DNA of 64,000 bases from positions 30,187,085 through 30,251,084 of the forward strand of contig NC_068987.1 of NCBI RefSeq assembly GCF_001194135.2, written 5' to 3'. Below the pieces are notes generated by a model that saw nothing but the letters and a program-made list of their open reading frames with translations, did no database searches and was not told the origin of the DNA. A program made the translations under genes and the position numbers. Positions 36,734 through 50,880 of the stretch are shown here, piece by piece; position 1 is the stretch's first letter; each line of letters begins with the position of its first letter. The stretch is from Octopus bimaculoides (taxonomy: Eukaryota).

Positions 36734-39179
36734 ATGTGACTGTAATAGTTCATTATAGGTCTTGCATGGGATCCACAATGGAGTTCTGTTAATAACAAGG
36801 AAATATTTCATGATAATATCTTTCTTTCTCATGACAAACAAACAAATTCTTCTTTTGAACTGTATATATTGAGTCTGTCCATATCATGTTCAAGAATTTT
36901 CTGGATTATCATTTGCTGTCTATACTTTCTTTTTGTAACTATCTACTTACTTGTCTACTTGTGTTTCTTTTTATTATAGATTACTATCTTTTATAATAAA
37001 TTACTAACTGTACTTGTGTTTCTTTTTATAATAAACTATCTTCGTATTTGGAAGCTTTTCTCATTCTAATTATGATTTTAGAATATTTCCTTTCTTGCTA
37101 ATAACTTAATCTTTTAGCTAATTCATCATCTTCATCATTTAACAGCTTCTTTACATGTTGGATTGGGCTGGCCAGGGCATCACTATCTGAGTCGGTTCTT
37201 ATTTGGATTAACTGCCATCTTAGATCTGTTGGTAATCACTCCTCATTTGAAATTCATCCATAGTAAGGATTTAATACTAATTGTTTGTTAAGTAATGGCT
37301 GGTCAAATTCTTATAGAAAGTTTAAATGTCAGTTAAAGTAGCATTATTGTCTGCTAATATCAACTTTATCTTTTGATTGTTGTTTCTGATTGCAGCTATA
37401 GGAGCAGTTATAACTGTATAGTTAATTCATTTTGCAATTATGAGTTTAGTCCCACAATGTGGGTCTATGGATTCCTATCTCATTAGGAGTAAGTTTATCA
37501 CTCAAGAACAGCTAGCTCATTGACCAAAAATTTTGGATTACTTGAGCAATACACTGAATCTGTGACATGGTTTAGCACCATTACTTGGTTCTTGGGTGTC
37601 TTTATCAGAGTCCCATTCTGTTGAAATCATTCAGGCCAGGTCTCCTGTCTGAGGACAACTAGGTATCGAGTTTCCTGCTGCAGTAATGTGTATAGAGGGT
37701 TCTTTTTTTCCATTTTATGGAAGGAGGCTAAAAGAAAAAGTCATGAATGCTATTCTTCCTATCTATCAAAATGTTACCAAACAAGACAAGAATGAGACAA
37801 AATTAGGTTGTTTTTTTTTTAATCAGAAACATTACTTCTTGTTTGACCCAACAACTGAAAAAATAGAGATTACTTGTGGTCCATCAAGCAGATAAGTTAT
37901 ATTTAATTTCCAGTGATGTTGATATTGTCCCAGATATTAGCTGCCCTCTACTGTAATGTTCTTGTGATTCATGTAATGCTAGTAGAGGGCATACTACATG
38001 TCACATTATTAGATAACACTGTAGTGTAGCAAGGGACATACAGCTTGTGACAATGATTGACATTAACATAATCATGTCAGTTGGGGGCTACATATCTCAA
38101 TGACATAATAATTGTTTAGTATTAAGACGCATCACATGCACAATAATGAATGATAATATTGTGGTGCTAGTAGGAGACGTATCATAATGGTAGATATAAT
38201 GTAATTTCTAATTGTGTAGTGTGGCTGTACTAACTACATGTCATTGTGGATTAGAAGAAATATATAATAATCTTGTTTTTGTAGGTTTTAGTCAGCTTTT
38301 TCTTCCGAAAATAATTTTTGCTTTTATTGTTTTAAATCTGTATTTATTGCTTTACACTGGTTGTCAGTTCCTTTTTATATTTTATGTGACTTCTATTTCT
38401 CTGTGTGGTGTTCTTGTTAACGTAAGTTGGTTTAGTTCTTAGTTGAGTAGTTGATCTTTTGAAGTTAATATCAAATGAAAATTATCTGAATAGATCTTAA
38501 CTATGGAGTTGGAACTAAAGTGCATCATCATTTCTTTAATCACCTATTACTATCAACATCTTACTATAAACTGTTTATTTACTTTCCCTTCTGTAATCAA
38601 TAGTGTTGACACATTATACCTGTATAAAGTTACAAAATGTAGTACCTGAAGGTGACTCAGGGAAGATTATGTACGAGTCTACAAAGGTGACAGTGTCTAT
38701 AAACTTTTCACATCTAACTTATATTAAAATATAGTGTAATTGAAAGCTGATATTGATATCTTTCCTGTCTTTGTAATGTTCTAGATAATGACAAATAAAT
38801 CCTTTATGTCCTTGCTTCTTGTCCAACAATGCTGGTTTCCTATATCGTTTCATGATTTAACAGTTTATGAGAAATTTAATTCTCCCAAGTTGGCATAGGC
38901 TTCTGAATGAATAGTGTGTGTGTGTAAAACGACCATGATACACAATAGTAACTAACATATGAGTCTACTTTGGAGGTTTTGATTAATCTTGAAACAACCT
39001 CAAATTGAATGCTGACCTAATAAAAAATGTTCTCTGTATATTCATGCACACAATGTGAGGGGTCCCACTACACAGCACCTAGGATAATTTTCTATGATAG
39101 CCCAAGGCCAAACAATGCTGTGGGAGAGAATTTGGTAGACGGGAACAGCTGTAAGCTTGTCATGTGTGTGTCTGCCAAT

Positions 39180-39440
39180 GTGCATATGATTATATTCCAT
39201 ACGGTTTCTGCTTAAGCCAAGCAGTGGTTATTTTGGTACTGTGTGCTACTGGACTTGAAGTTTCACATCACCAAATAGTCTCTGTTGACAAAATCTATGA
39301 AATGCTGCATGATTTCTTGGTAGACTGCTGTGTTGGTTGTTACCCTGAACAAACATAGTGGTCAAATACCTGCATATGACATGCAACTCTAAACCATCAA
39401 TCTCTGTATGTTTGCAAGAGTTTGACCTGAGACTTCAAAC
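39180..39440 (-). mobile_element. Small Tc1-like transposase relic
   Basis: Minus strand gives NTAVYQEIMQHF and LFGD, similar to the Tc1 segment VN.AVYQEILEHF..LFGD just upstream of the second catalytic Asp. Confidence 0.35.
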
Positions 39441-39629
39441 AGTTGGGATTCTGTTCTTCTCTTGCCCTCCTTCAAATATATATATACATATATNNNNNNN
39501 NNNNNNNNNNNNNNNNNNNNNNNNNNNNNNNNNNNNNNNNNNNNNNNNNNNNNNNNNNNNNNNNNNNNNNNNNNNNNNNNNNNNNNNNNAAAGAAAATGA
39601 GATGACAAAGGAATAAACAATTATGAACC

Positions 39630-39723
39630 TCATTAGCTTACAGTTGTTTCTGCTGTAAAATGCACTAGATTCATAATTGAGTGCATGAGTAAAACCTTAT
39701 AGCTTCATCAGAGCTTCTAATGA
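39630..39723 (-). ncRNA. Degenerate type I hammerhead-ribozyme-like motif
   Basis: Minus strand: TCATT(AGA)AGCT-CTGATGA-A-GCTATAAG..TTTACAGC-A-GAAA-C-AACT-G-T-A-AGCTAATGA. Stems I, II and III and both core boxes are in the correct order. Confidence 0.5.
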
Positions 39724-39798
39724 ATATTGCAATGCTAAAGTGATAAATATGTGGGTGTGGGTGTGTGTGTGTGTGGGGGGTGTGTGTGGGGGTGTGTG

Positions 39799-39830
<32 letters not shown>

Positions 39831-41998
39831 ATCATGATCATTGTTTAATGTCTTCCTTCTGTGCTGGCATAAATTAGATGTATAGATTGTAAGTGGATAT
39901 TGGTATATATGTGTGTAATGTGATAAATTTTGTCCAGTAAAACCTACTCCAGATATCACTGAAAGCATATTTTTAGTTAAGCACAGTTATTATTACTACA
40001 TAATTCTCTCCTGTGTACCTGAACAATGTTAAAATTCACTGATGTATCAAAACACACAAATATTTACTTTTTTGTTTTGCTAAAATGTGTTTTGCTCCAC
40101 CCAGTTTTTAAGTAAATTTTATTTTTAAAGCTAGAATAGATAAAACTATTTTTCCTTGTATTTATATATTTTTTAAGCATTCCTGACAAGATTAATACCC
40201 CTGTCCTACAGCTATACCACATAGATGACTATTACAGTAATTGCTATCCATCCGTTGGGATGTACAATTTTCCTGTTTGCTTAGTTAATTGTTTTCTTTT
40301 TTACTTAATCTATTTATTTAAAGCAAACTTATTGTTCTGCTATAATTTGCTTATTTCTTTTATACTTTTTATTATCTCCATTGGATAAATGAAGTAGGTT
40401 TTAGTTTTATGAATGTTTAATGTAACAAAAATTTGGAAGAATACACCAATAAGAAAGCTAGTCTTTATAGTGAGCCCGCTCTCGTTTTTAAAAAATTCCA
40501 TTTAGCGTAAAGGTTATTTAAAAATTCTGTTTCAAAAATACATAAGTATTAAGTGTGTGAACGGAGGGGGATAGAAAAGAGAAAGAAAAGAAAAAAGTGA
40601 CATGGATATTTTGTAGTCAGTTCTAGCTTTTGTTTAATTCTGAACGACTGTTCACATGGCAGCTGTGGAAATTTCATTTGATAAAAATGTGACGAGGAGA
40701 ATAAGAATTAAGAGTGGATGGTAGATGAAGGAATGTTTTGCTCCACAGCTAGTATGTCTGAAGTTACTTCATAAGAATAGCCTGTCCTAATTAGTGACTA
40801 CATACTCATGCACTGTTGTTGACTTGTACATCTTGACATACGTGATATTTTTGTCTTTGGTATTTGAACTCTAAAGTTTTAAAAGCACAGTCCTGGATTA
40901 TTATACAAACAATTTTTTTTTATGAAATGAGTTTATAAAAGTCTATCTAGTTTAGGATATCTAAACTGTAATCTTATCACTTGTTTGAGTAAGATTTATT
41001 TCCAATGTATATATATTGACTGTAGTGTGGGTTAAACAGGTCTATATCATTCCACATGTCTTATGTCTTATAATTTTTGATTCCTGCTCCCTCTAATTGA
41101 CCAAGCCAGGCTAGGATGTTATCCAATTTTTCAATTTGTTGTGTAACTTGTCTCTGCTATCCTATCCTATATCTGTTACTTTAGTCTGGTTGATAAAATT
41201 ATAACGGTATCCACTATAAGGATAGGTTAGTTGGATATGATTAGTATTTTATAGTTGTAATTGTATCTGCAATGCTGACTGGCTATTGGATATGGTCAGT
41301 TTCATTGTTTTAATTTTGTCCATAATGAGCACCAGTTTAGGTCAATGTGGTCAATGCTTGGTAGTTGTAATGGTGTCCACAGTGAGGGCAATCTTGGTGG
41401 ATGTGGTCAGTGTTTGGAAGTCATAATGGTGTCCTCAAAGAAAACAAGGAAGAGGAATATGTAGTCACCTAATAGCTTATACGTGAAAGCCTGGTTCAGT
41501 AATAAAAAGCATAATGTGAGACAAACCTTCCTAGCCTCAAGACATCAGCTAATATTTCAAACACATGTTCATAAAAGTGTTCTTAATTTAAGACGAATGA
41601 GCATCAAATGTTGCCTAACTACTACTACTCCTCAGGACACTATTTATCAAGTCCGTTTATACACCCACAACCTCCCTCTGCTATCATATATTCCTGTTCA
41701 CTGCATGCAACACTTCTCATCATAGTGTAAACATCAAGTTATACTGACATGAATTTTATATATGTCTTCTTCATAAGCTTCAAGATATACTTGTATATGA
41801 ACATGATATATATATGGAAAATGTCTCTTTGAGAACAGATAAATTATAGCACTCGACATGGAATACAAAAAGGAGGCTGCTAGAAATAGCAGCCAAATTT
41901 TTCTCAAGCCACATCTTACATTATAAATACAGGAGGAGGAGATACTAAAAAATATAGTCCTACATATTCTTGAAAAGACAAGATGGTCACAACTGGAA

Positions 41999-42335
41999 TC
42001 ATCATCATCATCGTTTAACGTCTGCTTTCCATGCTAGCATGGGCTGGACGATTTGACTGAGGACTGGTGAACCAGATGGCTACACCAGGCTCCAATCTGA
42101 TTTGGCAGAGTTTCTACAGCTGGATGCCCTTCCTAATGCCAACCACTCCGAGAGTGTAGTGGGAGCTTTTATGTGCCACCGGCATGAAGCCCAGTCAGGC
42201 GGTACTGGCAACGGCCACGCTCGAAATGGTGTATTTTACGTGCCACCTGCACAGGAGCCAGTCCAGCGGTACTGGCAATGAACTCGCTCGAATGTCTTTT
42301 CACGTGCCACTGGCACAAGTGCCAGGAAGGCGATG
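41999..42335 (-). mobile_element. RTE-family 3' tail
   Basis: Sequence catcatcatcatcgtttaacgtctgctttccatgctagcatggg...ggatgcccttcctaatgccaaccactcc is nearly identical to 57218-57550. Confidence 0.8.
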
Positions 42336-43593
42336 GCGATCTCATTGATCAGGGTTGACATTGGGTTAAATATTTTTATCCTAACTCAACATAACCATAA
42401 GAAGTCAAACAATTAAGATAACCTATACATCATTACCACAATGATTTTCATGTAGCGTGCACTTTGATATTCACACACATACACATGCATTCAAGGGGCA
42501 TAAAACCTGAACCTCATACAACTAAATTCATTAGTACAACCTTTACTAGTATATTAACATGTAAGGTATAATACATATCATAATGTCCTCTAGTTACAGA
42601 AAATCTTAAAACTGAATCCCTTACAACTAAATTTGTTGGTACAACATTCAAGCAAAAATGAAGAAACCTCACTATTAACAATAGGTTACAAACAGTTCAT
42701 AAACTTTACCAGAGACTAAACAGCTTTATTTTGAACTCAATCTTTCCTCACTAGCTTAATAAAAATACCAGTTGAAATAATACACTTCGCCTTATGAAAA
42801 GTAACATTAATATAGATCACCTAGTTTAGTTCTGATGTATTCACGAATGCTATTAGTTGCAGGTAAACTGTATAATGTAGTTAGACTGAATTTTTTTGTA
42901 TATATATTTTCTTTGAATGAAATTTGAAGCATTGGTTTTCTTACATTAACTGGCTTCCAACATGAAATAGGTTCTTTGTTCCACTTATAACTTTTATAAA
43001 GATGAAAAAGAAAAGCTAATTTTTCAATACTGTTTCCTCATTTAATATTGGTTTTGTTATCCTATTAAGGAAATAGAACAAATGGACAAAGGTAACATGG
43101 ACTCTTTCAAGGCAGCTTGTCCAGGAGGGCAGTGACTCTGGATAACAACTGATAAATGGTAGTGGGAACTTATTGCTTTTGCTATAAACATTTCTAATGC
43201 TGGCAGGATGTTAAAATGCATCCAATTCCTGATGAAAAGTAGTTGGAGAATGAAAGAGCATCCAACCACAAAGCCATACTAAAACCAATTCATAAACAAC
43301 AATGAGGTTGATTGGTTTTCTCTGTTGCTCTTGCCAGATCATAAATGAGTGTGAACAACACATGTTCAACCTATGCAAGCATGGAAAAAAAAAAAAGTGG
43401 ATGTTGTCCATTAATTCAATCTCCTTATATTTTTCTTTGTATTCAATGAATGTTACAATTTATTTTTGTCTGATCTTTTCAGCTTAAGGCACTGATTATG
43501 CCAGTTAAAATTTATTTGTTGAAAAATTCAGTGTTGTAAGATTTATTTATAAGATGGCTACTTCAATAATTTTAATATAAGTACTACACTTAA

Positions 43594-43808
43594 GGTGGGG
43601 AGCTGGTAGAATCGTTAGCATGCTGGGCAAAATGCTTAGTGGCATTTCATCCATCCTTATGTTCTGAGTTCAAATTCCTCTGAGCTCGACTTTGCCTTTC
43701 ATCCTTTCAGGGTTAATAAAACAGGTACTAGTTGAGCACTGGGGTTGATATAATTGACTTACCCCTCCCCCTGAACTTGCTGATCTTCTGCTAAAATTTG
43801 AAACCATT
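43594..43808 (+). mobile_element. SINE family C carrying a Deu/Nin-domain-like core
   Basis: Head gagctggtagaatcgttagc and core cgactttgcctttcatcctttcagggttaataaaacaggtactag, resembling the gcctt(t/c)catcctt..g.ggt.gataaa..agtacc core of Deu/Nin SINEs as I recall it. Confidence 0.65.
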
Positions 43809-44639
43809 GTTAATACTACATTTTATTCACTATGAATATCTTATCAAGCACAATGAGATTCAGTGATTATCCCCAGTATTACTGTTTAATTGTATAACCT
43901 TAAAATGGGTTTTACTTTAAGATAAGTGAAGTGTGTGTGTGGGTGTGGGTGTGTGATAATATTTAAAAAACAGGCCCATTTAACTATAATTTCTTAACTA
44001 TAGTGAACCAATCCTTGATATGGATCTGTTAGTGATTACCATTCTTATGTTTCTGTAATAATGCAGTAATTGTTTAAATTTTTTTTTGTTTTACTTATGT
44101 CATCTACTTTGTAATTGTTTACTGTTGTAATCCTTTCTGAATATTTTATTTTTTGTGTTGTCAACCATGTTTGAGTAGTGCTATGATATAACTCCTTAAA
44201 ACATTTTAGTGACCTGCAAGCTTTGACCTTGAAGATGCTTCATTTTAGTTTGTTGAGTCCATGTTGCACATTGTACTATGCTGTGGCTTGCTTCATAATG
44301 TGTAGAGAACACGTTACATTTATTCCATTATCTTGTCCTGATCTTAAATTGAAAACTAATTGACTGACTGAAAAGAGTTTGCTGATGTATTGTGTATGCA
44401 ATTCCCTGGAGCTAGTTCACAACCTAGAACAGTTTTGACCTAATCTGTGCTTAATGTGTGTGGTTTGTCTTTCTACTAATTAAATGGGAATGATATATTT
44501 TAGTTTCTTTTATGAGCATTGATAAAAATCTATTTTATTAATTTAATTATTGGTTTAGATACAAAAATAGATTTGAAGTACTTTCAAAACTATTACAAAA
44601 AGACCTATATTTCTATCTTTCATTTTTCTTTCTTTGCAG

Positions 44640-44682
44640 ATGTTTTGAAGGTTACAATGCAACAGTATTTGCCTATGGCCAG
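44640..44682 (+). CDS. KIF21: KIF21-like kinesin, 43-nt exon, phase 2/0
   Basis: Acceptor catttttctttctttgcag and donor CAG|gtaaag. Translates (G)CFEGYNATVFAYGQ, in frame with both flanking exons and leading into the P-loop. Confidence 0.96.
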
Positions 44683-45844
44683 GTAAAGTCACAACCTTAT
44701 TCTTTGATATGATCAATCTTTATAAATTGTTATATGAACCTGTTTAATTACTACTGTTTTAAAAACAAGTGTATTTAAATGGGTTTCCTGACTTGTAAGC
44801 ATTTGTAGCCAATCTTGTCTCTCATTAACCTCCTGGCCTTTCTGATTTAGTTTACATGACCTCACTGTAGGCTGTAATGCACTGAAAATGATGCTTCACC
44901 TTCAGTCTCTTTACAATGCCACTCCATCTATTTTCAGCCCATTCACTTAATTGTTATTCTTGTTACGTCAAGTGCTCTCTTTATTTACTGTCTGTCTGTC
45001 TGTGTGCCTGTCTCTCTTTCTCTGCATGCATATTTAACAATGTTGATACACTATTAAAACTTCAAAATTCTCTGGCAAATTATTTATAATTATGTCAAGC
45101 CTTTCATCTGTCTATAAGTTTGTAGATTCAGCAATTAATTCTATTTTTTACTCTTGAATTCAAAGAACATTGGGAACATGTTACACATGTACTTCAGATT
45201 TAAATAGAGATGTTTCATTAAACCATTGCAGATTCAATAGATTTGCAAATTCTTGTGTACTCCAACATTTTCCAACCTTTCTTGCTGAATAGCCACCTAA
45301 TTGGATATGTTTGGTCCCTACCAATTTTACCTTTATAGAATAATATTAGTGGCTGTAATTAAAATATAATTACTATTTTACTTATAATGGTTTGCTTAAA
45401 ATGATTAAAATAATAATGTAGTAGGCTTTGCTAATAATTAAAATAATGCTGACATTGTTATTGATATTACTAAAATATGAATTATTAACATTTTAGACAT
45501 TGTTTATTAATATAAATAAAATATTTTTTACTCCTACAATTAATACTATCTCCATTGTTGATGACCAGCAAGTTATGCAATATTTGATTCCAGTTTTCAT
45601 AAATGTTATTAATCTTCAAGCTGTACTACTTCCATACAGCTTTTATACTTGGTCAAAATTTGGGTTACTGCACTAAAATATTTCACCACTAGATAGAGAG
45701 CAGAAAAGCAATAGAAAAGTAGTTTGGCTTCATTCCATAATAAAGGAAAGGTCATACTGCATTGTAACCACATTTCACACACATTTTGATTAAAAAAAAA
45801 AATTTCAATCTTTATTTATTTGTGGATAGGATATTGTTTACCTT

Positions 45845-46185
45845 TGTGGCTGTGTGGTAAGAAGCTTCCTTCACAACCACACAGTTTTGGGGTTCAGTAA
45901 CAGTGTGTGTCACCATGGGCGAGTGTCTTCTACTATAGCCTTGAACCAACCAAAGGCTTGTAAGTAGATTTAGCAGATGAAAACTGAAAGAAGCCCATCG
46001 TGTGTGAATGTCTTTGTTTGTCCCCCTCCATCGCCTGATGAATTTGTCACCATAACTTAGCAGTTCAGCAAAAGAGATTGATAGAATAAGTACCAGACTT
46101 AAGATAAAAATAATTACTGATATTGATTTGTTTGACTAAAATTATCCAAGAATGGCTGCAGTCTAATGACCGAAACCAGTAAAAG
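45845..46185 (+). mobile_element. Older SINE family A copy. Other partial copies at about 690-790 (-), 7295-7400 (-), 15000-15150 (+), 25830-25985 (-), 53115-53270 (+), 55905-56060 (+) and 57020-57200 (+)
   Basis: All carry decayed versions of gtggctgtgtggtaagaagc, gtgtcttctactatagcc and gaaactgaaagaagccc. Confidence 0.7.
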
Positions 46186-47449
46186 ATGAAATTTATTTTT
46201 GTCATTTTGTAACTCAAAGATGACCTCATACAGTTGAATTTTTAAAGATCTATTTTGCTCACATCGTTTTTTTCTTCTTTTGTTGTTGTTTACCCAGTCA
46301 AGATTTCTCAATTCAAAAACTCATTAATTCTTGTCTCAGGCATCTTCCAAGTATTGTAGATGTACACAGTTGGTCCTCAGATTATTATCTGTAAATTGTG
46401 AAGGAAATTGATAGAGGTAGCTCCCTTTTACCAAAGTCTTCGTTAGTTAGTTCCTTGGTTTATAATCTATTTCTTCCAAACTAGCATAGTTTAAATATGG
46501 CGCGTTATTTGAAGCAGGGTTTTAAAGCCAGATGTTCTTTTTGCTGCCAATGCTTACCTGCTTTTTCAAGTAAGGAGTTGTTTTTTTCTTCTTTTATCCT
46601 AGAAGTCTTTAAAAGCATAGAGCAACTGGTCATAATGTCCACACAAAATATCAACATCACTACTTTCTTGCTGAAGTAGTGACAAGCGTAGAATCTCTAC
46701 ATTTACGCATGCGCTAGCTCACTTGGTTTCCATCTAACAGATTAACTAAGAAGTTGGTGAAGCTGGTGCTATAGTAGAAAAGCACAAACTCAAGAAGTCA
46801 CTCAATGGGACTGGACATCAAATAATATGACTTCAAAGTGAACAGTTTAATTTGTTGACTGCATTCTTAACATGTTTTAGATTAAAACTGTTCCCTTGTA
46901 GTTGGAAATTCAGCCTCCATCATTTTCTGTAGCTGTAATATTACTTTATATATACTTTTCCAAAAAATTCTTCTTCAGACATTTCATAGCTTCATTAGTT
47001 ATTTTCTCAGAAAGGACACAAGTTATTGGTGATCTGCAGGTAGACAAATATTTACATATTGCAAGAAATAATTTATTTTGTTGGATTGTTTTACTGGAGC
47101 TATAATCACCATTTTCCAGCTTGTTCATAATGGTAAGAAATATCTAAAATTTAAAAGGAAAATTCTTGATATTCAATATTGAAAACAAATATTTTACAAA
47201 AAATTCATGTAAAAATGTAAAGATTTGTAAATTTCATACATAGAAAGTTTAACTTAAATAGCCCACAACAATGATGTGATAGTTTGATGAAAGAATAAAT
47301 TTTGTATTTGTGGTTTTTATGAGACATTGTTTTGAATGAATGTTAACAGAGGAATAATTAAAAATGAAAATGTATTTGAAAACTGTCATAACAAGAAAGA
47401 AACTAAAACTATGTAATGGACAGTACATTTACCTTATTTAATGTATTGT

Positions 47450-47865
47450 CAGCTTGAACCAGCAGGGCTAGACCAAAGGGACGGTATTTCCATTCCATGG
47501 TGGTTGGTCCCTCATTTAGGATACCTCATGCTGTGACACCTACTCCAGCAACAATTTGATGTGCTTGGCTTATTCTGTTACCAGCCTAGGCTCTGCTGCT
47601 CATCAGGTTGAGGGGCAAACTATCAAAATATCGGTCACTCTCTGACAGGTTTATGGTTGAACTTGTGGCAGTGGAGATCTCTGGCGTTCTCGGCTCCTGG
47701 ACCATATTCATGCTTACTGTTATTGGGGCAGAGATGGCCTTCCACAAGTGTGAGTCCCGTGAATCAGAGTTGCTATTCCAGTGCATCTCTCTCGCCATCC
47801 TCTGGGGCAACATCTTTTCCATTTTGTCTGCTGGGACCATGAAGCTGTCTGAATTGCAGGAAATT
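47450..47865 (+). mobile_element. Second fragment of the same CRE-like family
   Basis: Reads EPAGLDQRDG, SLI*DTSCCDTYS and KLSKYRSLSDRFMVELVAVEISGVLGS..LLFQCISLAILWGNIFSILSAG. It is clearly similar at the DNA level to 3990-4230. Confidence 0.65.
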
Positions 47866-48214
47866 GTACATACCACGACTCAATGTAAAGTTACTCCAGC
47901 TAGCACTATCATGCAACCTTGATCATACTCTTTTCTTTTTCTATGTATCTCTGTTGTATGTATAAATCATACAGGGAAAAATTGTACTTTCTTATTGAAT
48001 GTGTTGTAAAGAGAAACAATTACTGTGAAACAGATCCTATTCAACTCAAAAAGTCGACTTCAGTGTTTGAGTTCACAGGTTTATGCATGACCATGTTTAT
48101 TACATTTGTGGTGATCAGCTTTCAACCAAAGGTATACTGTATGGTATCTGGGTCAGAAGTGACAGCGATTGCATAATATGATCCAGTTGATTTCCACAGC
48201 ACCGTAATATTGTT

Positions 48215-48540
48215 TTGAAGATGTGTGGCTTAGTGGTTAGGGTGTTCTGCTCATAGTCAATATGGCTGGGAGTTTGATTCCTGATGGTACGTCGTGTCCT
48301 CAAGCAAGACACTTCATTTCATGTTGCTCCAGCCTGCTCATCTGGACAAGAATTGTACCTGTAATTCAAAGGGCCAGCTTTGTCACATTCTGTGTCATAC
48401 TGAATCTCTCTTAGAACAACATCAAAGGTATGCATGTCTGTTGAATGGTCAGCCACTTGCACATTGATTCCATGAGCTGGCTGTTCTGTTGACTGGATCA
48501 ACTTGAACCCTTATTGTAATATCATTTTCCTCACTGTCAC
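48215..48540 (+). mobile_element. Related family B SINE, older
   Basis: Shares ggcttagtggttagggt, cctgtaattcaaaggg(t/c)cagc(c/t)ttgtcaca and cagccacttgcac with 26493-26869. Confidence 0.7.
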
Positions 48541-50070
48541 TTTCATGTCTCATAAAGCCCTCTTTGTGGAGGGTAGTGTCAACCCACTTTAGAATCTGAT
48601 CTAAATCAATGTGGATACTCTATCTTCATAGGACATTGGAACAGATGTTATTGTTGTTTTTTTTTTTTCTTTCTAGGAAAATCTTAACAACTTGATAATT
48701 AGTTATTTTTCTGTATTTGCTACACTGCTATTTAGTCCCATCCCTATACTGGTATTTCTTCATCCCCCCTCCCCAATTTTTCCCTTATTGCTTAGTCAGA
48801 ATAGGAAGTGCTGTACTCACGACCTTTGCAAGGCCTCTGATACTTAGGAGTTGGGGGCTGAGGAGTAGGAGAGCTGAGGGAGGAAGGACATCAAGATATT
48901 AAGTTATCCTCAGATCAGAGACCTCCATGGAGTTCTTTTTCAAATGAATGGGCTTTTATAAAGACTCCCAAGGACAAGGTGGTGATATGAAACTGGATGA
49001 CAAATAAATTTTAAGCTTAACAATTGACTTGTTAGAAATAACAGCCAAACATCCATCAATTCACAAACAGCCATCTTAAAACAGGAAGCCCACACAAAAT
49101 AATCAGTCCCAGAAATGCTGATTAAATGATAGGATGGTCACAGCTGATATTCTTTGAGTTGACTTGGTATGTGCTACTCTGAAGGCTAAAAAAATATCTA
49201 GTTTTATTTCTATTATTTTTTGTTTTCAGTTAAACTAATATTTTTAGGTTATTTGTAAATTACACCAAGGCAAGTTCCATGGTGAAAGGGCTGTATGATT
49301 GTGTTCATTGTCTTTAAGTTAGTAGTCTCACTCAGTACATCAACTCATCAGTTATGACTTTGTAGATAAATAACTGAATTGTCTTTGTACAAAATCATTA
49401 TATGTCTACAATTAAAACAAAAGGAAATGTCTCCACATTTTTTTGTACTAATCTTTCAAAAACATTTACAGCTCAATTTCTCTTTAAGCTGTGTATGTTT
49501 ATTTTGATTTTTCTTTGCTGGAGTTCTTTGTCGCTCTTTCCTTTTTCTTCAGTATCAGTCACATATTTTTTCTTCTTACATTGTTAGCTTGTATTCTAAT
49601 CAGTCATCCTAAGATACTAGTCACTAGGACTAACCTATTTCCTCTTAAACATATAAGTCCTTGTTATAAACAACAATTTTCTGCAATCTTTCTATATTCC
49701 TATTCAGTCAGATTGCTCAGAGTTTTGATTATCCTGAATAAAATAGTATATTTGGCTTTTCACTTGTAAATAACAAAAGATCTAAATGTTCTGTTCTGCA
49801 GTTTGTGTATATAGCTAAATATTTATAATGACAGACGAATGCCTGTTTATTACTGGCATAGAAAAGATAGTCTGGTTAATTTATATGGAGTACATGCATT
49901 ACTTAATTTGTTTCTAATTTTTGACAACTATTTCATCTTGAAATATGATCTACTTCAGTTTTGTGACCAGTTACCATTTAAAAGTGATATCAGTCTTTGC
50001 AACTAGTCTCCATATAAAAATTGATAGCAATCTGTTAGCATATAACTAATTACCATATAAAAGTGATATC

Positions 50071-50880
50071 ATCATCATCATCATCATCATCATTGTTTAA
50101 CGTCCGTTTTCCATGCTGGAGTGGGTTGGTCGGTTTGACTGGACGGTAAGCCAGGAGGCCGCACCAGGCTCCAATCTGATCTGGCAATGTTTCTACAGCT
50201 GGATGCCCTTCCTAATGCCAACCACTCTGATGGTGCTTTTTATGTTCCACTGGCACAGGAACCAGTCCGGGAAGAGGAGGGGGGCTGGCATAGTCAAGTT
50301 TGGATGGTGCTTTTTACGTACCACCGGCACATGGAGCCAGTCTGGCAGCGACCCATGCATTAATGAATGGTGCTTATTGCTTGCCACCAGCACTGGTAAC
50401 AGCCACAACTACAATTTCTATTTGATTTGATTTTAATTTACTTGACTCAATAGGTCTCCTCAAGCATGGAATGCTGCCCGATAATTCAAAGGTACTTTTA
50501 AAATGGGCTGGTTGTGCAACACTGGTGTAGGCTATGGCTGTGATCTCACTTTCCTTGCCAGGTCTTCTCAATCACAGCATGTCTCCAGAGATCTCAGTCT
50601 TTCATCATTGCCTCTGTGAGGCCCAACGTTCGAAGGTCATGCTTCACCACCTCATCCTATGTCTTCCTGGGTCTCCCTCTTCCACGCGTTCCTTCCACTG
50701 TTAGGGAGTGACACTTCTTCAAACAGCTTTCCTCATCCATATGTAGCACATGACCATACCAGTACAGTTGTCCCTTGCACACCACATCTGATGCTTGTTA
50801 TGTCCAACATTTCTCTCAGGGTGCTTACACTCCGTTGTGTGTGCACACTGACATTATACATCCAGATTATTATTCAGCAG
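50071..50880 (-). mobile_element. RTE-clade LINE 3' portion
   Basis: Minus strand reads MDEESCLKKCHSLTVEGTRGRGRPRKT*DEVVKHDLRTLGLTEAM, followed by the 3' UTR and a (GAT)n tail, seen as (CAT)n at 50070-50092. Confidence 0.85.

Noticed and set aside
37942-37991. 11-bp stem with 28-nt loop as a pre-miRNA
   Set aside because: The stem is too short and the loop poorly paired for a miRNA precursor.
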